From IMG/VR virus record IMGVR_UViG_3300032007_000057, positions 64,001 to 88,651 of that record: a DNA stretch of 24,651 bases, one strand, 5' to 3'. Source of the DNA: a virus. Its lineage: Duplodnaviria > Heunggongvirae > Uroviricota > Caudoviricetes. The translations under genes and the position numbers were made by a program. The stretch's first letter is position 1. Each line of letters begins with the position of its first letter. This document shows positions 16,742 to 24,651 of this stretch, in pieces. Below the pieces are notes generated by a model that saw only the letters and a list, made by a program, of their open reading frames with translations, did no database searches and was not told where the DNA came from.

Positions 16742-16785
16742 ATATCCATTAGATCTTCAGCCTTGTTTTAATTAAAAGGACTATC

Positions 16786-16815
16786 TTGACAAGTTGAAGA
16801 TTTTTATGGTAACAT
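16786..16815 (+). promoter_or_regulatory. Possible host sigma70/sigmaA promoter
   Basis: TTGACA, 18-nt spacer, TAACAT with an extended -10 TG, about 30 nt before the first + gene. Chance occurrence in AT-rich DNA is possible. Confidence 0.5.
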
Positions 16816-16846
16816 CCTATTCATCAAAGTATTGGAGGGGTTATTT

Positions 16847-17056
16847 GTGAAAAGTATTATTTGTGGAGTACTTAATATCTTTACATCAATTTGTGCAATA
16901 CTGTGTGTTATGTGGGTTGGATATGTAATCTCAGTTCGGTGGTTTAACGGAGATAAGGAGAAGTTTTATAAGTATTCAGTTGTTTGGAATAAGTGGTACT
17001 GGAGAATTACCCCATTCTTTATTGTAGCTATGATTGCTGAAATCTGGTTGAGGTAA
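16847..17056 (+). CDS. Small two-helix membrane protein, paralog A (69 aa)
   Basis: SD GGAGG, 8-nt spacer, then GTG 16847; shares FTS..A.LC.M and GDKE.FYK...W.K.YWR..P.F..A...EIW with the next gene. Confidence 0.8.
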   Translation: MKSIICGVLNIFTSICAILCVMWVGYVISVRWFNGDKEKFYKYSVVWNKWYWRITPFFIVAMIAEIWLR

Positions 17057-17064
17057 GATAATCT

Positions 17065-17277
17065 ATGATAAGCTCTATTTATCCTATATGTAAGATTTTT
17101 ACTTCAGTATTTGCAGTACTATGTTTGATGGAAGGGTTGTATGTAGTTTGGCTATTGATTCGAGGGGATAAAGAAACATTTTATAAACTTTATCCAATAT
17201 GGAAAAAGCTATACTGGAGGAGTATTCCAGTTTTTATGATCGCAATTTTTGTTGAAATATGGTTTGAGTTGAGGTGA
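17065..17277 (+). CDS. Small two-helix membrane protein, paralog B (70 aa)
   Basis: SD GAGG; clear tandem paralog of the upstream gene. Confidence 0.8.
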   Translation: MISSIYPICKIFTSVFAVLCLMEGLYVVWLLIRGDKETFYKLYPIWKKLYWRSIPVFMIAIFVEIWFELR

Positions 17278-17283
17278 TAAGCT

Positions 17284-19077
17284 ATGGCAATTAGACATAT
17301 GTCAGAATTTGAGCATATCCAGAAGAGAAGTGAACTGTACATTAGAAGTACAGAAACTCCTCTGTATCTTTTAACAGAGCTCATAGATAATGCTTCTGAT
17401 GAGTTCTTAAGTGGATATGCAGATACAATTGTAATTACACTTAACTATAAGGATAAAGTCTATTCAGTTGCAGATAATGGAAGAGGTATTCCAATTCATC
17501 AAAAAGGTATGGAGCATGATGTACCTATTGAAATTGTAACTGAATTGAGAACTGGTGGTAAGTTTGATAACGACCTTTATAATCAGAAATCTGGTTTACA
17601 TGGAGAGGGTCTTACAATTGTAAATGCACTAAGTGAATATCTTGAGATTATTGTAAAAGAGAAAAAGAATAGATATAGAAAGTATACATTTAAACAATCT
17701 GAAGATAAAGACATTACTCCTGAAATTATTGATAAAGAACAAAAGTTTAGCACTAAGTTGGAGTTTAAACCAGATGCTAAATATTTTGATTCTTTGGATA
17801 TTGATAAGGACACAGTTATTGAAAGAGCTAAAGGTATCCTTATCAGTGCAGAACAAGGAAGGAATGCAAATGTTTTTGTTCAGATTATTCCTGTTGATGG
17901 AATTCCACAAGTTATTCAGGTAAAGAATGATATTCTGGAGAAGTTTGCAGATAGGTTGGACAATAAATACTTTACTGAAACTATTACAGGTATTAGAGAA
18001 GCAGATGGTAAAAAGATAAAAGATTCTGTAACTCTATACTTTGGTAGAGTTGAAGATACTACTTCATTTGTGTTTAGAGGTGTAGTTAACACTCTACCTA
18101 TGGATATGGGTAATCATCTTCAATTCTTTAGAAAAGCGTTTAATACTTACTTGTATGAAAAGGCTACTAAAGAGAATATGTATGTTGATGAGGATAGTAT
18201 GGTAGTAGGTATTAATATCCTGTGTATTGCCAGATTATCAGACCCGGCATTTACTGGTCAACAAAAGTATTCTCTTAGTGGTGGTGTGAACAAGTATTCT
18301 TACATTTTTGACCAAGATAAAGTTAATAAGATTTTAGACAAATATCCTAAATTTGTCAAGAGTCAATGTGAACTTGCTCAAGCTATTAAAATGAGTAAAG
18401 ACACTAAAAAACTGGATGTTAAAAAATCTAGGTCAAAAGTTAATGTAGAATCGTTGAGAGATTGTTCTTCCAAAAATGTTGAAGAAAGAGAATTGTACAT
18501 TGTTGAAGGGCAGTCTGCTGGTGGCAATCTTGTTAAAGGCAGAGATATTAGAAAACATGCTATTCTTCCACTTAGGGGAAAAATACTTAATGTATTGAAT
18601 AGTACCTTTGACAGAATTGTTGATAGTAAAACTTTGGGGGCTATATTCAACTCAATAGGAATTAAGCCAAACGATAATGAATTGTCAACATTGAGGTATG
18701 GTAAAGTAATTATCATGGCTGACGCAGATCCTGATGGTTATCATGTTTGTTTGCTATTAGTATCTTTCTTTGAAAAGTTTGCTGAAAAACTTATCAAAGA
18801 AGGTAAACTATTTGTAGGAATCACTCCATTATTTACAACTAGGATAAAGGGTAAATTTGTACCAATTTATACTAGAGAAGATATGGAGAAGTATAAGGCT
18901 GAAGGTAATCCAATTTCTAGAATTAAGGGATTGGGAGAATTAAATGCCAATGACTTGGCAGTATGTGCATTTGATAATAAGTATAGAAGATTGATTCAGG
19001 TAACAGAATCTAATCAATCTGAAATTGAGGCAATTTGGAAAAATAAGCAAAAGCTTATTGAGGATTACATCAAATAA
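17284..19077 (+). CDS. gyrB: Type IIA topoisomerase ATPase/TOPRIM subunit (GyrB/ParE-like)
   Basis: GHKL motifs ELIDNASDE, DNGRGIP, GGKF, GLHGEG..VNALS; TOPRIM motifs IVEGQSAGG, PLRGKILN, MADADPDG, RIKGLGE. The symbol is a family label; gyrase versus topo IV is not resolved. Confidence 0.95.
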   Translation: MAIRHMSEFEHIQKRSELYIRSTETPLYLLTELIDNASDEFLSGYADTIVITLNYKDKVYSVADNGRGIPIHQKGMEHDVPIEIVTELRTGGKFDNDLYNQKSGLHGEGLTIVNALSEYLEIIVKEKKNRYRKYTFKQSEDKDITPEIIDKEQKFSTKLEFKPDAKYFDSLDIDKDTVIERAKGILISAEQGRNANVFVQIIPVDGIPQVIQVKNDILEKFADRLDNKYFTETITGIREADGKKIKDSVTLYFGRVEDTTSFVFRGVVNTLPMDMGNHLQFFRKAFNTYLYEKATKENMYVDEDSMVVGINILCIARLSDPAFTGQQKYSLSGGVNKYSYIFDQDKVNKILDKYPKFVKSQCELAQAIKMSKDTKKLDVKKSRSKVNVESLRDCSSKNVEERELYIVEGQSAGGNLVKGRDIRKHAILPLRGKILNVLNSTFDRIVDSKTLGAIFNSIGIKPNDNELSTLRYGKVIIMADADPDGYHVCLLLVSFFEKFAEKLIKEGKLFVGITPLFTTRIKGKFVPIYTREDMEKYKAEGNPISRIKGLGELNANDLAVCAFDNKYRRLIQVTESNQSEIEAIWKNKQKLIEDYIK

Positions 19078-19080
19078 AAC

Positions 19081-19119
19081 AAAGGCCAGTATTCTGAGGT
19101 GTGCGGAGTACTGGTCTTT
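19081..19119 (+). terminator. Hairpin after gyrB (terminator or processing site)
   Basis: AAAGGCCAGTATTCT-gaggtgtgc-GGAGTACTGGTCTTT, 15 bp with three G-U pairs; only a short U tract. Confidence 0.55.
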
Positions 19120-19185
19120 TAATATAGATGCGCTAGTACCAGTCTATCAAAATTCTATCAAAAACCATTTAGGAGGAAACACATT

Positions 19186-19992
19186 ATGCAGAAATCTTAT
19201 GATAAGAGCGGAATCATTTTCACCAACTACAACAGCAGCGTTGCGAATGAAGAGCTTCTTATGGATATGGTTCTTTATGTCAGAAGAACTTATGGCGTAG
19301 CATTTGCGCCTAAGACGCAGATTAAGGGTGATTATTGCTGCAACCTATGGGCGTGGGATCAGTTTACAAATGTAAAGAGACAGCCAATCTCCATGCCGAG
19401 GCCATACATTTATGAGAATAAGCTTATCTCAGAAAAGGTATTTGCTGAGAGAGAGGTCATGGAGAAACTTTGGTGTTATCCTGGTCTTCCTAACAGAAAT
19501 AAGAAAAAGCTTCGGGAAGGTATTGCTTTGAAAATTGGCCACGCTGGTATTGATTCTCGCTTTGTTGCTATGAATGCGAGCGACCGTTCTGGCGACAGAA
19601 CCAATGGCGTTGAATTGTCAAAAATCAATATGAATCTTAGGGAAGCTTACTTGTCGTTTATCGACAAAGGAAAGTGGAAAGGCTGGGAGTTCTTGGAGAA
19701 GATGACTCTCGAATTCTATAAGAGATACCCTGAGGTACAGTTGTTTAAAGCCGGGATGAACGTTCAAGAGCAACTGTTGGCGCACCTTGATTCTGCAGGG
19801 TACTTTTTCAACAGGATGTGCGTTGACCTTAATGTTAGAAACCTAGTTAACATTAAGGAGACTTATGTTAGCAGTCTAAACTTCGAGCAGCAAATTCGCG
19901 GTATTTATCAAGATAAGGTTGCGCATTACTTTGACGATATCTTGCAGAATCACCAGCATGCTGAAGATATCAAGATGCGATACAAGTATTAG
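19186..19992 (+). CDS. Hypothetical protein (268 aa), locally higher GC
   Basis: SD AGGAGG; no family recognised. Confidence 0.85.
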   Translation: MQKSYDKSGIIFTNYNSSVANEELLMDMVLYVRRTYGVAFAPKTQIKGDYCCNLWAWDQFTNVKRQPISMPRPYIYENKLISEKVFAEREVMEKLWCYPGLPNRNKKKLREGIALKIGHAGIDSRFVAMNASDRSGDRTNGVELSKINMNLREAYLSFIDKGKWKGWEFLEKMTLEFYKRYPEVQLFKAGMNVQEQLLAHLDSAGYFFNRMCVDLNVRNLVNIKETYVSSLNFEQQIRGIYQDKVAHYFDDILQNHQHAEDIKMRYKY

Positions 19993-20014
19993 GTTTAAAA
20001 GGTAGATGGTAAGT

Positions 20015-20048
20015 CTGGGAAGGAGGGTTATTAAAAACTCCTTCCCAG
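20015..20048. other. GC-rich hairpin without U tract
   Basis: CTGGGAAGGAG...CTCCTTCCCAG, a perfect 11-bp stem with no T run on either strand. Confidence 0.7.
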
Positions 20049-20082
20049 CCCACGCCAAGCCAACATATACGGAGGTATTTCG

Positions 20083-20478
20083 ATGGAAAAAAGAAAAAAC
20101 CCACGTCGGGTTGTTGTAAATTTACCAGAGAATAAGCGTTTTGAGTATCTTGATGCTCTTCTCGCCTTCCGAGACCATAACGCCCTCTACAAAGTTGATC
20201 TCGTTTTGGCCATTATCAAGTACCACCGTTTCATTAATGTGACTGAACTATGTAAAAAACTGTCTTCCACCGAAAGTGCTTTTGAGATTATGGAAGAATA
20301 TCTTAGGGAAGAATTCAAAAAGCGTGGCGTTGATCTTAAGCATTTTTTGAAGTTCGGTTGCCCGCTAAGTGACTCGTCTCACCCTTGTTACATTAACTCG
20401 TCATATGCGCCATCTGAGGGGGTAGCAATCAAACTAGCTCTCAGCTTTTTAAAATATACTTCCCCCCTAATTATTTAA
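20083..20478 (+). CDS. Hypothetical protein (131 aa), possible N-terminal ribbon-helix-helix DNA-binding domain
   Basis: SD GGAGG. Basic N-terminus followed by RRVVVNLPE (beta) and two helices; the RHH call is pattern-based only. Confidence 0.6.
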   Translation: MEKRKNPRRVVVNLPENKRFEYLDALLAFRDHNALYKVDLVLAIIKYHRFINVTELCKKLSSTESAFEIMEEYLREEFKKRGVDLKHFLKFGCPLSDSSHPCYINSSYAPSEGVAIKLALSFLKYTSPLII

Positions 20479-20501
20479 ATTTGAAAGGATGATGTATTAC
20501 A

Positions 20502-21419
20502 ATGCCTGTTATTCTTGATTTTGAGCACAAATGCAATATTTGCAAAATTATTGACAATAGCCCCTATCAGGATATGAATGGAGTAAAGTTTATTCCGTTT
20601 ACAAGTACATTTTTAGCATGCTTCTTTAAATCAATTTTCGTAAATAATAAAAATGATTTGATCTCATATTATAGACTAAGGGAGTATTATAACGCGATTA
20701 TTGGTGGAGATGATTTTGCCACATATGATTGGGGCAAATCAGATTATAGGAATACCTTTTCTATGGGGTCTAGTAAAATGGTATTTGTAACACGAAACGA
20801 GGCTGCTGAGTTAGACGAAAAATCTGCTTGGGAGTCAGTAAATGAATATGTTAAAAATAATTATTTAGTGAAAGATAAATATGTACTGCCTTTCTATTTG
20901 ACGCTTGGGTCATCATCTTGTGTGGATGGTATTCTATATGTTAAAATTTATGACTTTTTAAATGATAAATATAGTCTAAAGGATTTTGAAAATCATCCTA
21001 CTCTTGGGGTAATTAAGACAGCAAAAGAAAAAAGGACTTTAAAATTGAAAAAGTATGATAGCCAAGAGAGTATGTTTAAAGAGTATGACAGAATTAAAGC
21101 TAAAAGATTGGCAGAAGAATCAAAAGATTCTGCTAAAGAACTTCAATTTGAATTTGAAGAACCTGTTGACAAAATGCCAGAGTTAAGTGATAATATGACA
21201 TTAAAGCAGGTTAATAATTTGTGTGAGTTTATTGATAGAGCTCTGGAATTTCTTTATTCGCAAGGTATTGACCTGAGTAAGAAGTTGAAGCATAATGTCA
21301 GAACTTCACTTGTTGATGATAACTGCGGTTATTCTATAGCACTCAATGATGATGATTTTGCACCATCAGTACCGTTTCCAGAAGTAATCGAAGGAAATGA
21401 AGAATTAGCAAATATGTAG
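20502..21419 (+). CDS. Hypothetical protein (305 aa)
   Basis: SD GAAAGGA; N-terminal CxxC. Confidence 0.8.
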   Translation: MPVILDFEHKCNICKIIDNSPYQDMNGVKFIPFTSTFLACFFKSIFVNNKNDLISYYRLREYYNAIIGGDDFATYDWGKSDYRNTFSMGSSKMVFVTRNEAAELDEKSAWESVNEYVKNNYLVKDKYVLPFYLTLGSSSCVDGILYVKIYDFLNDKYSLKDFENHPTLGVIKTAKEKRTLKLKKYDSQESMFKEYDRIKAKRLAEESKDSAKELQFEFEEPVDKMPELSDNMTLKQVNNLCEFIDRALEFLYSQGIDLSKKLKHNVRTSLVDDNCGYSIALNDDDFAPSVPFPEVIEGNEELANM

Positions 21420-21434
21420 AAAGGAGATATTATA

Positions 21435-21959
21435 ATGGATGTAATTAAACTAGATAAATTCTTGAAAGAGAATAAACTTCTCTTTAAACCAGATTTTCTA
21501 ATCTCAGTCTTGACTAGATTTAATAAGATTAGTGAATCTATGATTCAGAAAGTTGCAATGAAAAAGTCTAAAGATTCTAAAGAGTGTAAGTATTGTGAAA
21601 CTCTTAAAGAATCAACTAATGGAGTGCAGCAGTATTGCAAAAAGCACAAAGCTGTACATGATTGGGAAAGTATTGATAAGGATAGAACTGGGTTTGGAGT
21701 CCTATTTGGTAATAAGGTACAGTTATTTGGTCGGTATATGGTTGTTAGTATGAAGAGTGATGATGAAGGAGTGTATGTGGTATGGATGGGTAATGATGAA
21801 TCAGATAGCGTGTATTGTATGGATAAGGAATATTTCCCAGGGATTTTTGAAGTAGGATTTAACATTAATCAGTTGTTTAGTGAAAACAATGTAGTAGTTT
21901 ATAAGAATCTTCAGATTTATTGGGAAGATAATAATCCTCGAATTGAAAACATTAAATAA
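21435..21959 (+). CDS. Hypothetical protein (174 aa) with a possible Zn site
   Basis: SD AAAGGAG; CKYC...YCKKH. Confidence 0.8.
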   Translation: MDVIKLDKFLKENKLLFKPDFLISVLTRFNKISESMIQKVAMKKSKDSKECKYCETLKESTNGVQQYCKKHKAVHDWESIDKDRTGFGVLFGNKVQLFGRYMVVSMKSDDEGVYVVWMGNDESDSVYCMDKEYFPGIFEVGFNINQLFSENNVVVYKNLQIYWEDNNPRIENIK

Positions 21960-21973
21960 GAAAGGTGATAACT

Positions 21974-22639
21974 ATGGGTCAGTATTGGATGCCGGTTTGG
22001 GAGAATCAGGAAGGTAAACTTTATGGAATTAATGCTCATCAGTTTGGAAATGGTCTGAAGTTTCTAGAGCATTCATATATTGGAAATTCAGTAACATCTG
22101 TAGTAATGGAAAATCTATATAAAACTCCTTCAAGGCTTTCTTGGGTAGGAGATTATTGTGAAGATAGACGTGTGGGACAAGATAAAACAGGTCCTACAGG
22201 AAATGAGTTGTATGACAGTAATGAAGCAGTTTGGTTTATTTGTGAAGCAAAAAGGCCAGAGTACATACCTCTTTTAGAGAAGCCAAATTGGAAATCTCTG
22301 ACTTTGGAAGAGGTTGGTGGTTATTGTTCTAAGTTTGGTGAAGAACATATTGGTGATTACAATTTGGTAAATTATGATAAGAAGATGTATCTTGATTTTA
22401 AAGAGTATGTTGATTATGGTAAAAACTATGGTGATGACTGGATTATTCATCCTCTGGCAGCATTAACTGCAGGTCCATCTATGTGCGAGGGTGGTGGAGA
22501 TTATGATTCTGGCGATATTAACTTTGATAGAGTCGGTTTGTGGTCGTGGGATTTGATTTCTGTAGAGGATAGAAATACTGAGTTTAAAGATTATCAGAAA
22601 GTCCCTATTGATTTGTACTATTTTAGTGAAAAATATTAA
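21974..22639 (+). CDS. Conserved-type phage hypothetical protein (221 aa)
   Basis: SD AAAGGTGA before ATG 21974. MGQY...GLKFLEHSYIGN...WVGDY...IIHPL..LT...GGGDY...VG.W is a motif set I recognise from uncharacterised phage proteins. Confidence 0.8.
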   Translation: MGQYWMPVWENQEGKLYGINAHQFGNGLKFLEHSYIGNSVTSVVMENLYKTPSRLSWVGDYCEDRRVGQDKTGPTGNELYDSNEAVWFICEAKRPEYIPLLEKPNWKSLTLEEVGGYCSKFGEEHIGDYNLVNYDKKMYLDFKEYVDYGKNYGDDWIIHPLAALTAGPSMCEGGGDYDSGDINFDRVGLWSWDLISVEDRNTEFKDYQKVPIDLYYFSEKY

Positions 22640-22652
22640 GTGTTGCTATAGC

Positions 22653-22690
22653 GGGGATACCTATAAAAAGTATCCCCTATTTTTATTTTA
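22653..22690 (+). terminator. Intrinsic terminator
   Basis: GGGGATAC-ctataaaaa-GTATCCCC followed by TATTTTTATTTT. Confidence 0.75.
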
Positions 22691-22705
22691 CAGGAGGGTT
22701 TAAGT

Positions 22706-23002
22706 ATGCTGTTTAAGGATTTGAGTATTAAAGATAAGATTATGGACACATGTAATTATTATGTTGGGTTTGAACTTCCAGATATTAGTGATGAGCAGTT
22801 GAAAGAACTTGAACTGAGATATTCAATAGCATTGAAAGCTATTGAGGATAATAAAGAGAGGTTAGCTACACTTATTGCAATTAAGAATTACGGATATCAT
22901 GTATGTGGAATGGAAAACCCAAATTCTAGTGATCATGAATTTGAAAATGAAATTGACCATGTTGAAGATACTCTGAATGATTTTATCTTGACTAATTTCT
23001 AG
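22706..23002 (+). CDS. Hypothetical protein (98 aa)
   Basis: SD AGGAGG. Confidence 0.8.
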   Translation: MLFKDLSIKDKIMDTCNYYVGFELPDISDEQLKELELRYSIALKAIEDNKERLATLIAIKNYGYHVCGMENPNSSDHEFENEIDHVEDTLNDFILTNF

Positions 23003-23014
23003 GAGGATGCTAAT

Positions 23015-23449
23015 ATGATTAATACTGAGAAGGTTTGTGATTTTCTGGATCGTCTTGAATATGGTATGTATCCCAGAAATGGTAGTTTGGAAGTTCTCAT
23101 TCCTACACCTTTTAGTGAACAAGAATGCGAAGATATTTGTGAAATTAAAAGTCATGTAAAAAATACTATTGAAAGTGCCACTGACGATTTGGCTATGACT
23201 TATGCTCTTCTAGCATATATGGGAGTTTCTGGAAGACTTTATTCTGAGAATCCTAATTCTATTGTTAAGAAAGCATCTGCGCTACTTCATGATAAGATTA
23301 ATGATACCCTTCAGAATATGCTGCATACTGCCATGTCCTATAGTAATGCCTCAGTTGAAAAAGGTGTGTGGACAGAGAATGTAGATAAGATTAAGCTTTA
23401 TGAGGAGGATATTAAAGATGGAAAAAAAGTCAGCAGCACAAATAGTTAG
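23015..23449 (+). CDS. Hypothetical protein (144 aa)
   Basis: SD AGGAGG; overlaps the gyrA-like start by 32 nt. Confidence 0.8.
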   Translation: MINTEKVCDFLDRLEYGMYPRNGSLEVLIPTPFSEQECEDICEIKSHVKNTIESATDDLAMTYALLAYMGVSGRLYSENPNSIVKKASALLHDKINDTLQNMLHTAMSYSNASVEKGVWTENVDKIKLYEEDIKDGKKVSSTNS

Positions 23450-24651
23450 AGATAATTACTATCAATATGGTAAGTTTATTAATTTGGGTGGAAGAGTTGT
23501 TTGCAGTGAAAAAGACGGTTTAAAAGCAATTCATAGAAGAATCCTATATTCGGCATATAATATTGCAAGAAATAGAACAGTTAAAACAGCAACTCTGGTT
23601 GGAGATACTATGGGCAAATATCATCCTCATGGTGACTCTTCAATTGCTGGTGCTGTAGCAGGATTTGTAAGAGATGGGTTTTTGGATGGAGTAGGTAATT
23701 TTGGTTCAAATGTTGGGATGGATGTGATTGAACCTGCAGCTATGAGATATACGGAGTGTAAATTAAATGAAAAAGTGCTCAAACTTGCTTTTAAGTATAT
23801 TGAAGATGTGCCTTATTTCAACAATGATCTATCTTTTATGGAACCGGAATATCTCCCTACGCCTCTGCCTCTTAATCTTTGTCATTTTAGTGACACTGAA
23901 GATTATGTATCAGCTATTGGGTTTGGGGTGGCGTATACTATGCCAAAGTTTGATATTGCTGATATGTTTGCATTACTTAGGGATATTGTAGATAAGAAGC
24001 CTATTAAGAATAAGGTGCATCTTAGGTATAAATCCATTAGTGTTCCTTGTCCGGATCAGTTGTTTAATGAAGGTTTTGGGCCAGTATATACTACTGCAAG
24101 ATATGTAGTGAATGATAACAAGAAAAGCTTTAATATTATTGAATTTCCACTTATGGTTAAAATAAATAATCCAAGAAAACTGTTGGAACCCTTTGATACA
24201 ATTCCTCAAGATTTTAGTAAGGAAACTACCAATATCTTTGTGGAATTGCCTAGAGGTAAAACAACAGATGACTATGATTTGGAAAAACTTCTTACTGTTA
24301 AAACTAATGTAGATATGTACTTTCATAATGATAGCATTATTAAACATTATAGTCTTCCTGAGATTATTGAAACTACTTATAAATATTATAAACAGGCAGT
24401 TAATAATAATCTTAGTAAAAAGATAAAGAAAATGCAAGACCATATTAGTACAGTAGAATTGCTCATTAAGATTAAACCGTATTTGAATCCTCTTGATGAG
24501 CATACAGCTGAACGTGTTATGAAGAAGTGTAAACTTGATGATAAAACTGTTGATAGTCTTTTGAAGTATACTATTAAGCAGATTTGTTCTGCTGAAGCAC
24601 ATTTGGATGAAAGTAAAAATACTTTAAAAGATCTTAATAGTAAGAAAACGC
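23418..24651 (+). CDS. gyrA: Type IIA topoisomerase breakage-reunion subunit (GyrA/ParC-like), 3'-truncated; missing from ORF track
   Basis: SD GAGGAGG, 9-nt spacer, ATG 23418. Hand translation is open to the window end (411 codons): DGLKAIHRRILYS, GKYHPHGDSSI, GNFGS, catalytic AAMRYT (Tyr111 at 23748). The symbol is a family label only. Confidence 0.95.
   Translation, partial: MEKKSAAQIVRDNYYQYGKFINLGGRVVCSEKDGLKAIHRRILYSAYNIARNRTVKTATLVGDTMGKYHPHGDSSIAGAVAGFVRDGFLDGVGNFGSNVGMDVIEPAAMRYTECKLNEKVLKLAFKYIEDVPYFNNDLSFMEPEYLPTPLPLNLCHFSDTEDYVSAIGFGVAYTMPKFDIADMFALLRDIVDKKPIKNKVHLRYKSISVPCPDQLFNEGFGPVYTTARYVVNDNKKSFNIIEFPLMVKINNPRKLLEPFDTIPQDFSKETTNIFVELPRGKTTDDYDLEKLLTVKTNVDMYFHNDSIIKHYSLPEIIETTYKYYKQAVNNNLSKKIKKMQDHISTVELLIKIKPYLNPLDEHTAERVMKKCKLDDKTVDSLLKYTIKQICSAEAHLDESKNTLKDLNSKKT

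Noticed and set aside
4664-23002. Stop-codon reassignment (TAG or TGA)
   Set aside because: TGA (4666, 6210, 10025) and TAG (19992, 21419, 23002) end genes that are followed by new SD/start sites, and long conserved genes are uninterrupted in code 11.
984-24602. Many track ORFs antisense to or out of frame with real genes (e.g. 984-1208, 4267-4494, 4358-4696, 4881-5540, 10538-10936, 15502-15864, 17729-17923, 19025-19300, 23767-23991, 23973-24602)
   Set aside because: They overlap better-supported genes with SD sites and motifs, lack SDs, and have the Ile/Phe/Ser-rich composition of shadow frames. The last two are shadows of the gyrA-like gene.
17284-24651. Introns or inteins in the topoisomerase or helicase genes
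   Set aside because: Frames are continuous, lengths are normal or short, and I saw no LAGLIDADG, HNH or intein splice motifs.
1-24651. tRNA or other structured RNA genes
   Set aside because: Intergenic gaps are short (mostly under about 110 nt) and explained by terminators or motifs; no cloverleaf or T-loop signature was seen. A covariance-model search was not possible.

Overview
About 24.6 kb of a large, AT-rich (roughly 30% GC by eye), densely coded lytic phage genome in the standard genetic code. Strong AGGAGG-type Shine-Dalgarno sites suggest a Bacillota host (inference). Genes fall into five alternating strand blocks. (1) + strand tail/receptor module: partial repeat-containing tail-fibre gene, 610-aa BspA/DUF285 leucine-rich-repeat protein, stand-alone chaperone-like domain. 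(2) - strand: tail-fibre assembly protein, a hypothetical gene, HExxH metallopeptidase. (3) + strand run of about 20 small early-type genes, including an orphan HicB-like protein and a PrsW-like membrane protease. (4) - strand: SNF2 helicase, collar-domain tail fibre, its assembly protein, and a conserved-looking 310-330-aa protein. (5) + strand: duplicated membrane proteins, a GyrB/ParE-like subunit, seven unknown genes and a 3'-truncated GyrA/ParC-like subunit that is missing from the ORF track. Both convergent junctions carry bidirectional terminators, and both divergent junctions carry the same 46-47-bp motif. The most unusual signal is that three minus-strand genes, each apparently first in its transcription unit, have their Shine-Dalgarno positioned on ATA or ATT rather than a canonical start codon. 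A resemblance to AR9/phiKZ-type jumbo phages is suggested but cannot be proven from this window. I found no tRNA, CRISPR array, integrase, reverse transcriptase, intron or intein.
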